NCBI GenBank assembly: GCA_022813865.1
Contig: JALDZX010000006.1
Location: 310,001 to 374,000 of the forward strand
DNA from: Xylographa opegraphella
Lineage: Eukaryota
Direction: 5' to 3'
Length of the DNA stretch: 64,000 nt
Below the pieces are notes generated by a model. The model had not been told where the DNA came from. It worked only from the letters and a program-made list of their open reading frames with translations, and did no database searches. Positions 12,464 to 26,160 of the stretch are shown one piece after another (the first letter of the stretch is position 1; every line of letters begins with the position of its first letter). The position numbers and the translations under genes are program-made.

Positions 12464-13764
12464 TCATAAAGCTCTCACGCCTCGGCCCACGCTGCCTGTC
12501 TCGAATACCTCAACTAGCCCGGCACCCGCACATTCTTCTAGCACCCAGTCGAATCTGAGACCATAAAAGTGTTTCCATTTGCGAGTCCGGCCAGGTAGAA
12601 CCCCCGCAAAGCTCCTGCCGTAGTTGCTGGATCTGGCCGCTTGCTCCGCCGTTTCCACTCCGCCATCCCAGCGCTCTCGGAGGAGATACAAAGGTGCTTC
12701 TCTGAACTTTGACTTGCCGAGAATGGAAAGGAGGTGTGTTCGTGCCTCGTGGAGTAGTTTGAGGAAGGCTCCTGTGCTAGGTAGTGCCAGTTGGAGGTCT
12801 CCGACGTTTCTGGTAGATCCCGCACTGGGAATAGTAGGGAAATGGGGCTCTTGCGGCCTACTTGCCCCTGAGCTCGCAGAGCCACTATTTCTAGCTTCGC
12901 GGCCTGGGCCTTGGCTACTGCTGGCAGCTAGTGAAGCCGAGTTGGCTCTTGCGATACTAACAATGGAAGTCAAAGTCCCGGAAGAGCCATCCATCGGTCT
13001 CGAGAACACATTCGGGGAGTTCAGGGCCTGAGAAGGCGCACTGAGGAAACCTGCGCGCATGAGCTGCGAAACTTCAGTGGCGTCGAAAACCCCGCGTGTG
13101 ACAGTCGGACTCAAAGAAGCAGTCCGTAACTGCTGTACATATTTATCTTCAACGATCAATCAGCGATAAAGCGAACAGCTACGTAGAAGAGATACGTACC
13201 TATCAAGTCCGTCCCAAGCACTGCCGCCGTTCTCACCAGTTGGTCCCAGTCCTCCACCAGCACGAGGGCATCGCTGATACTGGACCTCCCCACCCCCCGT
13301 CCGGGCACCACGATCTTCCTCACCAGTCCTGCAGAAGTAAGCTCCCCGATCTCCCGCTCGACCAGCGTCGGCGACTTGATCAAAGCATGCACATGCGCAT
13401 TCGTCACTATCGGCGGAAGCAATCTCCGAAAATTCAAGACCTCTGCGGTACGAGTACTGTTCATGCCACTCCTTTCAGGTATGTCGTCAAACATGTGAGA
13501 ACGTATGTACTTCATCACCGGGACGACATCGCGCAACGAAAGGTCGGTCGCCAAACAGGCGACGAGGCCGACGTCGTCGAGGTGATCGTGGAAGAGATCA
13601 TCAGCGTCAACCTCCAGAAGCTCCGGTTTGGACGCTGAGCGCTGAATCGGCTTTCGCTGGTTAAGTTTGGGGAAAGGGGTGGATGCCGCTCGTTTGAGGG
13701 ATATCTTCTTCGCTCTCGGCTTGGTTATTCGAGAGGAGTGCGCTGCCGTGAAAGTGAATGGCAT
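12464..13764 (-). CDS. STK19-like protein (fungal Stk19 family)
   Basis: Two exons joined by intron 13199-13147. The C-terminal LLRERWDGG...FYGLRFDWVLEECAGAGLVEVFETGSVG matches the recalled fungal Stk19 family. Confidence 0.78.
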
Positions 13765-14541
13765 CAAACCAACGGTTTAAGAATCCAAGTATAGATTACG
13801 AATGACCAGATCTCAAGATTTATGGTTATAAAGGGATATGCATGAGCATTTACGGTGATTATATTCACGAATAGCAAGCAGCCTCAGTGGCAAATCCGAC
13901 AGAATTGTTGCTAGTGGCTTGGCGTTTTCGACTTTGGCTGTGGGGCAAATCACACTATGTCTCCGAGTCGTTCGACAGCGACCTGTGTGTGCCAATTTAA
14001 GAGAATCATAATGAATTGCAAATGTATCATTTATAGATTGTCTTCTTCAAATGTTTTCTTTCAATACATAAAAACATTAACATCATTACATTAATTCATC
14101 GCCAAAAGGCTGCCTAATACCGCGCTGTGGAGGCGAAGAATGAATCGCGCAAGCTTAACTTAGAGTAGCTAAGCATTTGCTAGTAGAGTATCAGCTAATC
14201 AAGTTTGGCAGACGATGATCGGGTCGCCAGTGCCGACATTGCTGCCTGGACATGAAAAGTAGATACCTTGTCCCGGAAAATACATTAACATAGCTTTGGT
14301 AGCCAGGGCTTACCAACACAGGGAAGAAACAGCACTGAACAAGGTGGAGATACTGTTCGGCGCCGTGGAGAGGCTGACCCTAGATCGACTAACCGTTGTT
14401 GAAGAACAGTACTATCCACGGAGCACCATACCATTCTGACGCCCAAGTGTTCTATCGAATCAACGCCGGTTGGTAAGCTTTGGTGCAGCCAGAGCCCGTC
14501 CTGCTTGCTGATGCGAAGTTTCAGACACCCATCGATCAGCT

Positions 14542-14886
14542 ATGACTATTACTGGAAACAAGACACCGGCACGTGGAGATGAATCCTTTAATACATCACC
14601 TAACCTCACCGTTCGTAACGCTGACGCCCTTCCTGCACGGTACGAACGCCATTTCGACAAAAAGGGACTCGCATATTACAGCGATCATAATACCAGGACA
14701 ACCTCCAGACTCAATCCTTTAACTGCCAAGGAACTCCAGCAAGAGGGGAAGGAAGATCGAGAGCTAATCATGCCAGAGAACATGGAGAATGGTGAAGTGT
14801 ATTTCGTTCACTACGGGCGTGATTTGCCCGCGGGAAAAATTGTGGGAGCTCCTTCGTCGCAAGAGCAGGTCCGAAGTTGCTTGTGA
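14542..14886 (+). pseudogene. Degenerate WW-domain-like small ORF (pseudogene or diverged gene)
   Basis: LPARYERHFDKKGLAYYSDHNTRTTSRLNP follows the WW consensus but lacks both Trp residues. A second partial repeat, NGEVYFVHY, follows. Confidence 0.5.
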
Positions 14887-16866
14887 AGCTAGAAATATGC
14901 AGTAACTGCTGTGTATTTACAATGGCGCAAAGCAGGACGAGTGCACGCGAGAACGAGCTCATCTTCTTGTCTGTCGTCAGATATTGTCGTACTGGTTTAT
15001 CGCTGCGAAATTGATGGCTCGGTTCTGCAATAATCGATTTCTATACTTCTGGACACTTGATCTGAATGCACAGTCGTAACCCAGAAATGAAAGATACAGC
15101 CCGAAAAGTGAAGCCGCATATTGTGATGGACCCAGAGGAATAAAAAGATATGAGCGGGCCGAACACAACACGAACGTTGGCCATTGGCATTCAAACGACA
15201 GGAAGACCAAAATAGAAGGAACAAAGACGGTGGATTGGCAAGAGGACAGAAGCATATCTCAACTAAGAATTATACCATTGGAAGCACCTAATGAAGCAAG
15301 TTTTGGCCACCACCAAAAAGATAAGGATAGCAGTATCCTCGTTGCTGAAGGGATCGTCTTCGCATCGAACAGTTTCCACATTCCACACTCTATGGAGACC
15401 TACAGGCATCGGCAGTAGTAGACGTAGCGCCAGAAGGAGGATGAAGGAAGCGTTGAGTCTGCCTCACATGCAACAATCATGCCTGAGAAGCTTTGGATGA
15501 TTACTCAAAAGGTAGCAAGAGTCGCAATGGCAGCTAAGGTACTCAAGGCTTCCGAAGTCAACAGCGCGTATCACAAATACTGTAGCGACAATGGTACGAT
15601 TAGTTCCAGTTCTTCACGGAACAGAGGGACGCGGTAGAGTACACGAGGCGACTTGACATCGTGGTAGTTGAAGGAGATGAGATGCTGTATTCGGACTAGA
15701 CTACCAAGGTACGCCAAGGCCTCACTAGTATCATGTCGCCTCTTATCCTACCTTATTACTTCGTAGGTCCTACCATACGTGAGTGATCATCGATTCCGTC
15801 ATCCATTGTCCATCGTCCATTGATAGGAAATTGGAGTTTCCATATCTCAATTTCCGGTATGGCCCCTTTTGGACTCGATCACTTGTCTTTAGACTCCAAG
15901 TCATAACGGAACCTAAGAACACCTCGGTCCGATTGGTCGGCTAGCGTATCTCCTAAGTATCCTTTCAACACGGAACGGGGGGATAGACAACAATGCTATC
16001 GACGGCAGTGTGGACAGATTTACAACACATCTTTGAGCGCATAACTATTGTGGATGCTAGATAGGTTTGGAAAGCCAGCGTCGGTATCTCTGGCTGTCTA
16101 GCATGGCAATCCCGCTCCGCTCCGCTTCAAATCTGAGATCGTGAGGGCGGCTGGCCTGTTTCCTGCATCACCTCACTAGCCTCGAGCGCAGATCACAACA
16201 GTATCTAGAGCGAAAGAAGTAAAATTGAAAGGGGGACCATGTGGGACGGATACAGCCGCGACTTTGTGATCTGCCAATGACAGTTGGATGGACTCATCGA
16301 TTGGCTGGAGACTGAATATCCTGGAGTCGCTTCTCCTCCACGTAATTCGACGATAACATGAGCATACAATAAGGATTAACGTATTCTCAATAACGGGATA
16401 TCCGTCGGTTAAAAACCCACTCCGGGATAGTACTTATTTCCGATTCCTGAGCGATTGTCCTTGCGTGCAACAGCTGGAGGTCGGTGGGATCTTTGCTAAA
16501 TGCCGAACCTATAGTGGCAGCGGAACTACGCGTTGCCAATTTGCGGCCGTAGTATCTCAAACCCTGCTGCTACGATCGTGTGAGTTAAAGGCGTTTCCCA
16601 AGTTCCAATACTGTCCACTCCTTCTTTAACATCTCTCAGCTCACCGGCAGTCACCTTGTGCGGGGTTGCAGTATGCCTCGTCACGGTGCATGGCTCCGAT
16701 GAATTGAATGCAAGTCTGTCCTGCAGCGTTCAGCTCGACTTCCGACGTCTGTTTTTAAGTTCTGCATATTTTTCGCATTCTTGGCTCATTAGCATCACTA
16801 TTTCATATGCTTTTGGCTTCCTTTTCTCGCGCTCTTTTTCCATCTTTACTTGTGTCCGTGTCCAGA

Positions 16867-17921
16867 ATGGACAAAGTTCCACTTGATGCATTTGTTCCGC
16901 CGCAACATTGGCGCTTCTTACCTCCCCTTCCCTACTCGCCCGCCGATCACAAAGCTGGAATCGCCATCGCCTGGACTATCATTGTCCTGAACTCCAGTGC
17001 TCTGCCCATTGCGCTCTTTTACGGCCTCTGGTACGGGACTTCTTTGAGCAAGCGCCTCGTTCTTGCCATCGTGACTGCCACTGCGGGCGTCGCAAGCCTG
17101 GCACAGGCGTGCAGACGGTTGTGGAAGCTGCTACGGAAGGACGGGGAGTATAGACCACTGGGAAGTCGACGAGGGTGGGTATGTAGTCTTCGTCAACTTT
17201 ATCCCTGTTTTCGAACGTCCCAGGACCAGGCCCCAGATGGAGAGGCGAGAAGTATGTATGAGTACTGACCGCTGTGGTTGCCAGCTTGATTTCTACCAAA
17301 TCCAGACCATGATCTCCATCGCTGTCGTCGCTGTAAGTGGTCCCATTCGATTCTGTGCTATCCCATATCACCAATGCACTGACTCTGCTATGCTTCTATC
17401 ACCAGACCATCCTCTCCGTTTCTACGTCCCTCACTCCCCCATCCATCACCCTCCTCTCAATTCCCATTTCCACCATCGTCCTTATGGCCTCGTTTCAACT
17501 GATCATCTCCCACCTCTCTCCCCGGTCCCCGGTCCGTATTTCCTCCGTCCCCGCCGGATCACCTACCCGCCCTGGCGTTTACTGCATTATGGAGGACGTC
17601 ATCGCAGTGGATGCCTCGGGCGGTGTAGCTTACCGCGAGGCGCTAGACAAGCGGTACCAAGCGAGCGCAAGGTTTCGGCGGATGCTCTGGCGGTTGAACT
17701 GGTGGTGGGGGTGCGGTGGGATGGTTGTGGGGGCAGTGCTCATGGGGGTGACTGTGGGATTGAGGGGTGACGGGGATGGGACGTGGCGGATCGGGGTCGG
17801 GTGGGGAGTGCCATGGGGAATGGCAGCTCTGGGTGCTTGGGCAACGGTGCGGTGGGTGAAGAAGGAATTACTGAGGGAGAGAGATGAGTGGACAGGGGGT
17901 ATGGAGGAGAGGACTGGGTGA
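16867..17921 (+). CDS. Uncharacterised multi-pass membrane protein (3 exons)
   Basis: Introns 17179-17284 and 17333-17405 join the frames. Several hydrophobic segments; RPGVYCIMEDVIAVD...RYQASARFRRML looks like a conserved fungal family. Confidence 0.8.
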
Positions 17922-18221
17922 AATGGCGCGTCATCCCATTCTAGGATAATAGTGCCGAAAAGTATTAGTACGATGTATGTTTCGATTTGATCACTGCTTA
18001 CGCACAGAGAATTGTATGTGACTCCTCTGCGACATGAAGAAGAAAGATTCATGGGCACGTTTCGACCAACTTTTGAGACCCTTTAGTACCGAGAATGAAT
18101 GACAAATTTCAAAGCAAACCCAATATCTTCCAGCCAAGGAGGTTCCAAGCGCAGAACATATTGAAGAAAATCCCTCTCGCCCTATCGCTCTCATTCCCCT
18201 CTCCTGGATATCATCATCGCC

Positions 18222-18731
18222 CTACATGAACATCTTCGCAATCTTCATCACGCCCTCCAACCCACCCACTCCTTCCATCGCGCCGCCAATCCCCCCTCCT
18301 GCCCCCCTCCCACCACCCATCCCCGCCAAGGCCGCCGGCAACCTGATCCCCATCGTCCCCAGCACCTTCGTCAGCGCCCCCCCGGTGATCAGCGGCATGA
18401 CCACCAGCATGAACATCTTCATCGGATTGTTCCTCGCATACTCGATCAGGTTCCGAAGCAGCCTTCTGATCTGCGAGACCAAGCGCGCGATATAGCCCTC
18501 GCGCGGGCTGCGCTTGTAGCTCGAGGTGGAGGCTCGGTGCGGGCGCGAGAAGAAGCCGCGGCTGGTGGTCGAGGCCGCGGAGGGGGAGTGATGGCGGACG
18601 AAGGCCCCACGCGGGGACTCGGAGCGGTGGGAGTGCGAGCGGTCCGGCGAGGAGCGGCGGTGGGAGTGTGAGTGCGAGTGCGAGTGTGACTTTGGAGGCG
18701 GGCCGCCGAACCAGGAGGAGATGTCGGGCAT
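18222..18731 (-). CDS. Small uncharacterised fungal protein (Ser/His-rich N-terminus, hydrophobic Gly-rich C-terminus)
   Basis: ATG at 18731 (MPDISSWFGG), 169 aa, strong GC3 bias, segment RNNPMKMFMLVVMPLITGGAL. Confidence 0.75.
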   Translation of the reverse strand: MPDISSWFGGPPPKSHSHSHSHSHRRSSPDRSHSHRSESPRGAFVRHHSPSAASTTSRGFFSRPHRASTSSYKRSPREGYIARLVSQIRRLLRNLIEYARNNPMKMFMLVVMPLITGGALTKVLGTMGIRLPAALAGMGGGRGAGGGIGGAMEGVGGLEGVMKIAKMFM

Positions 18732-19269
18732 GCTTGGGGGTGTGTTGGAGTTGTTTGGGATGAGGACGGATTGTTGCAGCTCAAAGCGGCTTACGGGACA
18801 GCTAGAAGCATTGTTGATGGTGAGGAGGTGATATGGTTGTGGATGTTGCACGGTAAAGAGGCTGGGGCTGAGAACTGCGGGCTTGGCATGCAGGGGTCCT
18901 TCGTGCACATCGAACTGCTTTGATAGCTTACATTACCTTACCTATTCTGGGGCATCGTGAGCTATGTATCATTATGACCTGGTATAAGTATACTCTGCTT
19001 TTGTGAATATCTCCAGCCTCGAACACCCTGCTTACTTGGATTCGATCCACGAAAGAGTATATCGATATTGTAGTAATTAGCTCTAGGATACAGACCTCGA
19101 GCGGAAATGCTCTCGCTTAATGCATACATCCCTGTAGAATAGGGCTGAAGTGCGGGATGGTCGATAAGATAAGGTAAGTGACTTTACACCGAGTTCACTT
19201 ACTTTTATATTGCATCGACACTACATTCTTTGGGTCAGGCACTGCAGGAAGTACTGAAAGGTTTCTGCC

Positions 19270-22200
19270 ATGCCTCCGAGGCCAAACAGTTGCTCATCTA
19301 TACCCATACCCGGTAAGGCGATGGCGTCACCAAGGACGCTCAGAGATTTACTAATTCCGCCTCATAGAGCAAACACCCTTGACCATTTCCTCCTGTATAG
19401 ATGTGGCAACCTCTAAGTCAACCGAAACTGATAAACACGAGCCCCCAAGGAAGCGCCGAAAAGTCACTGCGAAGGATCGGGCAACGCAGTCGGACGAGGA
19501 ACGATGGGATGACCACCTTACTTTGTCCCGGGTTGAGGTGGAACTGGTAAGTGTATACTCGAGGGACTTTAAGATCTGAAAACTGAGTCGAACAGGTCTT
19601 TGCAAGCGATCGCGAGTCACCTACTGTAGGCCCTTGCAGCGGAACTGTCAGTGATTCCGCAGCTGTACAACTACGACAACCAGTGATATCCCACGATGGA
19701 GGATATCAGTGCGCGTTGTACAATGCAGATGGGCGCTCTCTTGGCAGCTATAAGCTTCAGTCTGGAATGCCGCCCGAAACACTTCGTGTACTGCAAGCAG
19801 CCGGTTCCCTGAAGCCTTACAACAAGCGCAGCTCTGCAAAGGCTGTATGTGAGGTTAGGAGACGGGGTCAGCTACGGGAAGGGGTAACATATACTCTTCA
19901 CGTCGAAGTGTTATGGAGGAATTCAAAGAGCTTCGATGATATGCGATCTGACGGGCAAAACGACATTATGGTATTGGTCGCACCTGGCGAAGGCCATTAC
20001 AAGCCCGAGCCATGGTCACCGCGAGTGTTCTATGACAGCATGCATGTACTTCCTCGCGACGGCAAGCCTGCAGATTTGGATATTAATGGTCTGGCATGTC
20101 AGCTATACCCCTTCCAGAAGAGAGCAATCAGCTGGTTACGTTTTCGGGAAGGCTTAGGGACACAAGGCGATGGAGTGAATAATAATGATACTATCTCAGC
20201 TGGAGATGGACTGCCGCACGGGTTCTTTCGTACGGCTGATGCGGATGGAAGGGAGTGTTTTGTCAGTCACTGGCTTGGAATTGCCACGACTCATAAGTCA
20301 TTGCTCAAAACGGTCAAATCTCAGCTGCAAGGTGGAATTTTGGCCGAAGAGATGGGTCTTGGAAAAACTGTGGAATTAATAGCATTGATATCCTCACACA
20401 GGCGTCCATCATCTCTCGAGCGTTGCCAAGGAGCTGATCAGAACCTGGCACCATCATCAGCGACGCTTATCATATCACCTCCGTCTATTCTGCAACAATG
20501 GATATCCGAGATAAAAGACCATGCCCCATATCTTAGGGTTATGGTTTACGACGGCATACGTGCTACAGATAGAGATGCGAGCGATGAAGAGATGCTGACC
20601 CGGCTACTGGACCACGATATTGTATTGACAACATATGGCACCCTCGCAAGTGAGATACATTATTCTTCAGCAACTCCTCAAAGGAACCTGCGACATGAGA
20701 AGAAATATGAGCGAAGAAAGTCTCCTCTCGTACGAATCGATTGGTGGCGTGTCGTGCTTGATGAATGTCAGATGGTCGAAAGCGGCGTTAGTCATGCTGC
20801 TAAAGTCGCTCAGCTTATACCGAGACGAAACGCCTGGGCAGTGTCCGGTACGCCACTGAAAAGAGATGCCGCAGATCTCCTAGGTCTCCTCATATTTCTA
20901 CGCCTTGAACCATATTGCCTATCGACAACCAGCTGGTCACGAATGGTCTTGAACTATCAGCCAATCTTTAGAATATTGTTTGGTACCATAGCATTGCGAC
21001 ATACTAAGGAGCTAGTAAGAGGCGAAATTCAATTACCACCGCAGAAACGGGTAGTGCTCAGCATTCCTTTCACTCAGATAGAAGAGCAACACTACTCTAC
21101 ACTTTATCAGCAGATGTGCGAAGAGTGCGGCTTTGACAAAGAAGGTCAACCTCTTAATGATTCTTGGAATGCAGACTCGGCGGGTGTGGTAGAGAAGATG
21201 AGAACTTGGCTGACCCGGCTTCGTCAGACATGCCTACATCCAGAAGTGGGTGATCGAAATCGGCGTGCGTTGGGCCACAACCATGGGCCCCTTCGAACAG
21301 TTGGCGAGGTCCTCCAGGTGATGATTGAGCAGAATGACATGGCCAGTCGTACTGAAGAGCGCACTTTTCTTCTCTCCAAGCTTCGCCGAGGCCAGTTGCT
21401 CGAGCACGCAAATCGAAGCGAAGACGCACTAGCGATATGGCGCGAAGTCCTCGAACATGTGAAAGTTACAGTGAATGATTCTAGGCAAGACCTTCGCTCT
21501 GGCGAGTTACTGTCGAAGGCGTCTAACTCAGATAATCACCTTGAAGCTGACGGAGCGACTGGCCGACAGCTCATACGGCTACGGCTCCGATCTGCACTAG
21601 AACTCGAGCACATTGCAACCTTCTTCATTGCCAATGCATACTTTCAAATCAAATCTGACAGCAAGATGACGCCAGTCGATTCCGAAAGTTTTAAAGAACT
21701 CGAAAAACTGGAAAATGAAACTTACGAGAAAGCCAAAGAACTCAGGAAAGAGATGCTTGCAGAAACACAAGGGAGGGCAGACAGCTTTATGGATGTGGTC
21801 AGTATGAAAGCTTCCAAGCAGGAATTCGTTAAAATTCCAAACATAAAACTCGAGTTCTCACCAGGAGGCATCGAATCGCGCAACATAATGGAGAGGCTTG
21901 ATGAACTATGTGAATCAATCAACAGACAGGCGGAAATTTTGGATGAATGGCGTGAGAAAATGGTCGAGTTGCTGCTCCTACCGCTTGTGGATCAGGAAGA
22001 GACAGAATTACAAGGAGATGAGTACGAAAATTCGACCAAACAGCAGGACGAGGTTTATGTATATATGGAAGCTCTCCGTGCGGCTGTTGCGGATCGTCAC
22101 GACGCTCTCACAGGACAGACTAACATTCTCATTCGGGGAGAAATGACGACTGCTTTACAGCAAGCCATTCGTGGAGAAGGACACTCTCCGGAATTAATGC

Positions 22201-23782
22201 AACGGTTGCTCAAACTTAGGACCAGAGTCAAGCCTGGAGAGAAACTAGGTTCTATCCGGAGCATTATAACAGAGCTTCGTGCTATTAAAACCACTTTACG
22301 GGGCCAGGAAGAGCGAGGCAATTCTCGAGCTATTGCCGAGATTGGGATCCTCAACAAAGCACTAGAAAGTTTACAGCTTGATATCACAGCACAGTCAAAA
22401 GCAGTGGTAGGTTTAGAGAGAGAGGTTGAGATGTTTCGGGACACGATGAATGCCCGCCTCGAATACTATCGTCAACTGCAGACTATCTCCGACGCAGTTG
22501 CTCCTTACGAAGAAGAGTCAAACGAGGATGCTCTAACGGCAGCGATCGTCAAGTTAAAGGAGACCGAGGTTAGGCTGCAAGAAAAGACAGCAACACTCAA
22601 AGCACGTGGCCGATATCTTATACACCTTCGAGCAGAGTCAACTACCGAAGATGTGCAACGAAAGTGTATCATATGTCAAGATCATTTTGAGATTGGTGCT
22701 CTGACATCCTGTGGGCATTCTTACTGTAAAGAGTGTTTGAGATTGTGGTGGAATGTACACCGGAACTGTCCTACATGCAAGAAACATCTTTCGCGGAATG
22801 ACCTGTTTCAAATCACGTAAGTCTTTTTTGATGACCGCGGCTAGGTACGGACTGGGCTAACGGCTCACCAGATACAAACCGCAAGAGATGACTGTGCATG
22901 AGGAAGCGCAGTCGATCACTTCCGACTCCGACTCTGACTCTGCAACAAGCTCAATTTACTCCGGAATAAATAGCCTTACGTTGAACCAAATCAAGAACAT
23001 CGATGTCGAAGGTTCGTTCGGCAGTAAAATCGATACGCTTGCCCGCCATATACTATGGATCCGAGAGAATGATCCCGGAGCAAAGTCGGTCATCTTCTCG
23101 CAATACAAGGATTTCCTGGATGTACTGTCGAGGGCATTCTCTACATTTAAGATCGGCTTCGCTAGCATTGAGAAGAAAAACGGGGTTGAAAAGTTTAAGA
23201 AAGATCCAAGTGTCAGTCCTCCATTTGACCTTAGTGCCCAACTTGCTCTATCGACTTACCAGACTTCAGATCGAGTGCTTCTTTCTGCACGCAAAAGCCC
23301 AATCTTCTGGTCTCAACCTCGTCAACGCTACGCACGTCTTCCTTTGCGAGCCGCTAATCAACACGGCTCTGGAACTACAAGCCATCGCCCGAGTCCACCG
23401 CATCGGGCAATACCAGCCCACCACGGTATGGATGTACTTGGTCGAGGATACGGTGGAGAAGGCCATCTACGACATCTCGGTGACGAGGAGGCTCGCCCAC
23501 ATCGGCCGGTCCGCTGACAGTGGTGGCACGGTGAACCTGGACGAGGATGAGATCGAAGCGGCAAATTCGCTGGCGCTGCAGGATGCTCCGCTCTCGAAGC
23601 TCCTGACAAAAGGCTCGGGGGGAGGCGAGATGGTCGACAAGAAGGACCTGTGGAATTGCTTGTTCCGGCAGAGGGTCGCTTCCCGAGGCCCCGTTGTCCC
23701 TGAGGAGGCGGAGCGAGAGGCTACTAAGTTCTTGGGGGCTACTGCCGCAGAGGAAAGGCGGGGTTTGGCTAAGGAGCGGTAG
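19270..23782 (+). CDS. IRC20: SNF2-family helicase with RING finger (Irc20/SHPRH-like E3 ligase)
   Basis: Introns 19313-19367, 19547-19595, ~22817-22871 and ~23212-23269 give one continuous frame. Motifs GGILAEEMGLGKT, LDECQ, SGTP, RING (CIIC..CGH..CKEC..CPTC) and QAIARVHRIGQ. Confidence 0.9.
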
Positions 23783-24097
23783 CTGGGATTGGGAATCTTA
23801 TGTGGTGTGGGGTTTGGGGGGAACTTCAATGTCGATGCGAACGAGTCGCTTATCGACTGCGTGTCAGATACGATTGGATGGAAAGTGCCCCATCAATGAA
23901 TGATATGAGAATGTGTCGATAACTGTGAAGATGTTAAGATGACGGCGTCTACCGGGCAGGTTTCCTAGCGAATAGCAGCTTCCTAACCCCGGTGGCCATC
24001 ACAACAATTGAATACATATGACTGAAGTAGTTCTATGATTCTAAATGTTGATGGACGATAATGTACAAAGCTCGACGCTTGCAGACGCTTTTCCTCA

Positions 24098-25413
24098 TCA
24101 CCTGGCCCTGCCATTCCTTTTCCTAGTTTTCCGTGATGCTCCGCCGAGTGCAGAGGCGGCTTTCGAATGCGTTTCGTCGTCTTCGTCTGCGCTCACCGCT
24201 TCATCCTCACCTGCCCACCCGGCGTTAATGTCTTCTTGAGTGTGTCCAACAACGCGGACCTTTAAAGTGTGATATATCCAGGCCGGCAAGCGGTAAAGCA
24301 CGGTTTGCTTGAAGGTTGGCTTGACGATCTCATTCGGATCGAGCAGAAATTGTTGTTTTTTGCCGTTGGCATCTTCCTCCTCCAGGTATACGTTGCCGAC
24401 GGAGTCGACGAGGAGTGTCTTGCCATTTTCTGCCTCCACGCGCTTCTTCTGGCCCTGAGGGACCTGAGGGTCTGCGTCGAGCGGTGTGTTAGTGCCACTC
24501 CGCTGCGCTGACTTTGATCGCTTGTTGTCTTTGCCTTTCTTCGCTTCCCTCTCCTGCAAGCGCTTCTGTCTACGGTTCAGAGCCATGCCTCCGTCCTCCT
24601 GTCCAGTCGCAGTGGCTGGTACATCCACTCCTCCCGTCGCGTCAACGCCAGGTATGCCCATGATCCCAGTCTCGTCGCCCCATGCTGTTTTTCTCGCTTG
24701 TCGAATATACCGCTCCACGAACTCACGCTGCCGCTTCCAACTCAGCAATAATACTCCATAATGAGCCAAGCCGCCTCCAAAAACAAAAAGTCCGCTTATC
24801 GTCGAGAGCAGACCAGGCCGGAAGCGCGCATAGTAGTATCCCGTACCTCGCCATTTGGGGAAGCCGTTGGCCAGAAAGTGATCGTATCTTTCACGCCCCT
24901 CGCCCCTCAGTATGTTCGCGATAATGCCAAGACGTGCGAAGCGGTCGCTGGCATCTTTCACGGCTTTCTGAATCTCGCGCTCTGAGGGTGGTTTGCTGAC
25001 ATGCACACCTGGCTTCTTACCAGGTTTCGCTTTCGACGTTGGCTTGGCTCTTGAGGCAATGAAGGACTGCTTGGCTTTATCAGGATGGATGACCCTTGAC
25101 TTCTTTCGGTACGCTTTGTTGATCTCGTCCTGCGATGCGCTCGGCTTCACGCCCACGAAGTCTGACACGGGATTAGATTTTCTCCTGGACTGGGATTAGG
25201 CCTTTCTCCGATACGGACGCACCATAGAACGTGACATCTTGTCCCTCGTGAGCTTCTATCTCATCTTTCAATCGGAAGATCTCATAATCTGAGATGCATC
25301 AGCTCCTGCGTGACATGCTGTCCGGTTCTCCAAGCCATACCATCCTTGTCCCAGCCGGCGACCAGCACCAGCACTCCGCAGAATACGACGATGGACAGTA
25401 GCGACAGTCTCAT
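24098..25413 (-). CDS. ERJ5: ER membrane J-domain co-chaperone (Erj5/DNAJC1-like)
   Basis: Signal peptide from ATG 25413 (MRLSLLSIVVFCGVLVLVAGWDKD), two short 5' introns, YEIFRLKDE, HPDK, FPKWRGTGYYY and a TM segment. Confidence 0.88.
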
Positions 25414-25979
25414 GGCGAGGGGTGGCTATCAAGGAGTGTGATGCACGTGTGCTTGACTACGGAGCTCAGAGTATGTGGACACTCAGCAAGAATAATACTC
25501 AGAGATCTGCCACGCTATGTATGTACCTAGATTGGTTGGCAGCATGGGGGCCAATTGACACCCAACAGGACCGTGCCCAGCCCCGCTTACCGTACTCCAC
25601 CCTACGAAGTACCTTAGCCCGCACCGACCGTACAAAGAACAAGGCAAACAACCTTTTCGCTCTCTCGATGTTGGTCTCTGCTCGTGCGTGAAGGTTGAGG
25701 GGGTGTCCACGCTCACGGTATCGTCCAGCAATGTGTGGATAAAAACTCCGAGATGTGCTGAAGTCCACCTTCCCAAATCCAGCTTGGCGGAACGCCTGCC
25801 CCTGCAGTGGCTAAGCAGCAGGGGGCTCAGAACTTTGGTAGCCTTTTCTTCCAATACGAAGTATTAAAACATTGGCGACGAGTTACACAACATCTGTCCT
25901 TCGGATTCGCTCATACGCAACCTCAACTTCTACACTTCGCAGTCTCTCTATTCCGTAAACCGCACCACTCCCCGAACCT

Positions 25980-26071
25980 GTGCGTACTCATACGTTCCCA
26001 GCGTGAAAGACCACAACGCCAAACAAAGCTCCATGTTATTCAGTGAAGCTGACGCGAGAAGCAAACTTTAG
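25980..26071 (+). other. Probable 5'-UTR intron of YIP3
   Basis: GTGCGT donor, GCTGAC branch site and TTTAG acceptor upstream of ATG 26161. Confidence 0.55.
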
Positions 26072-26160
26072 TACTTCACGGTCACCCACCAGCCAGCCTT
26101 CTACTTGTACCTATCCACCTCGTCACTTCTGTTCTCCATTTCTTCTGATCTCCCACAATC

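Noticed and set aside
26033..26071. uORF upstream of YIP3
   Set aside because: It lies inside the predicted 5'-UTR intron 25980-26071.
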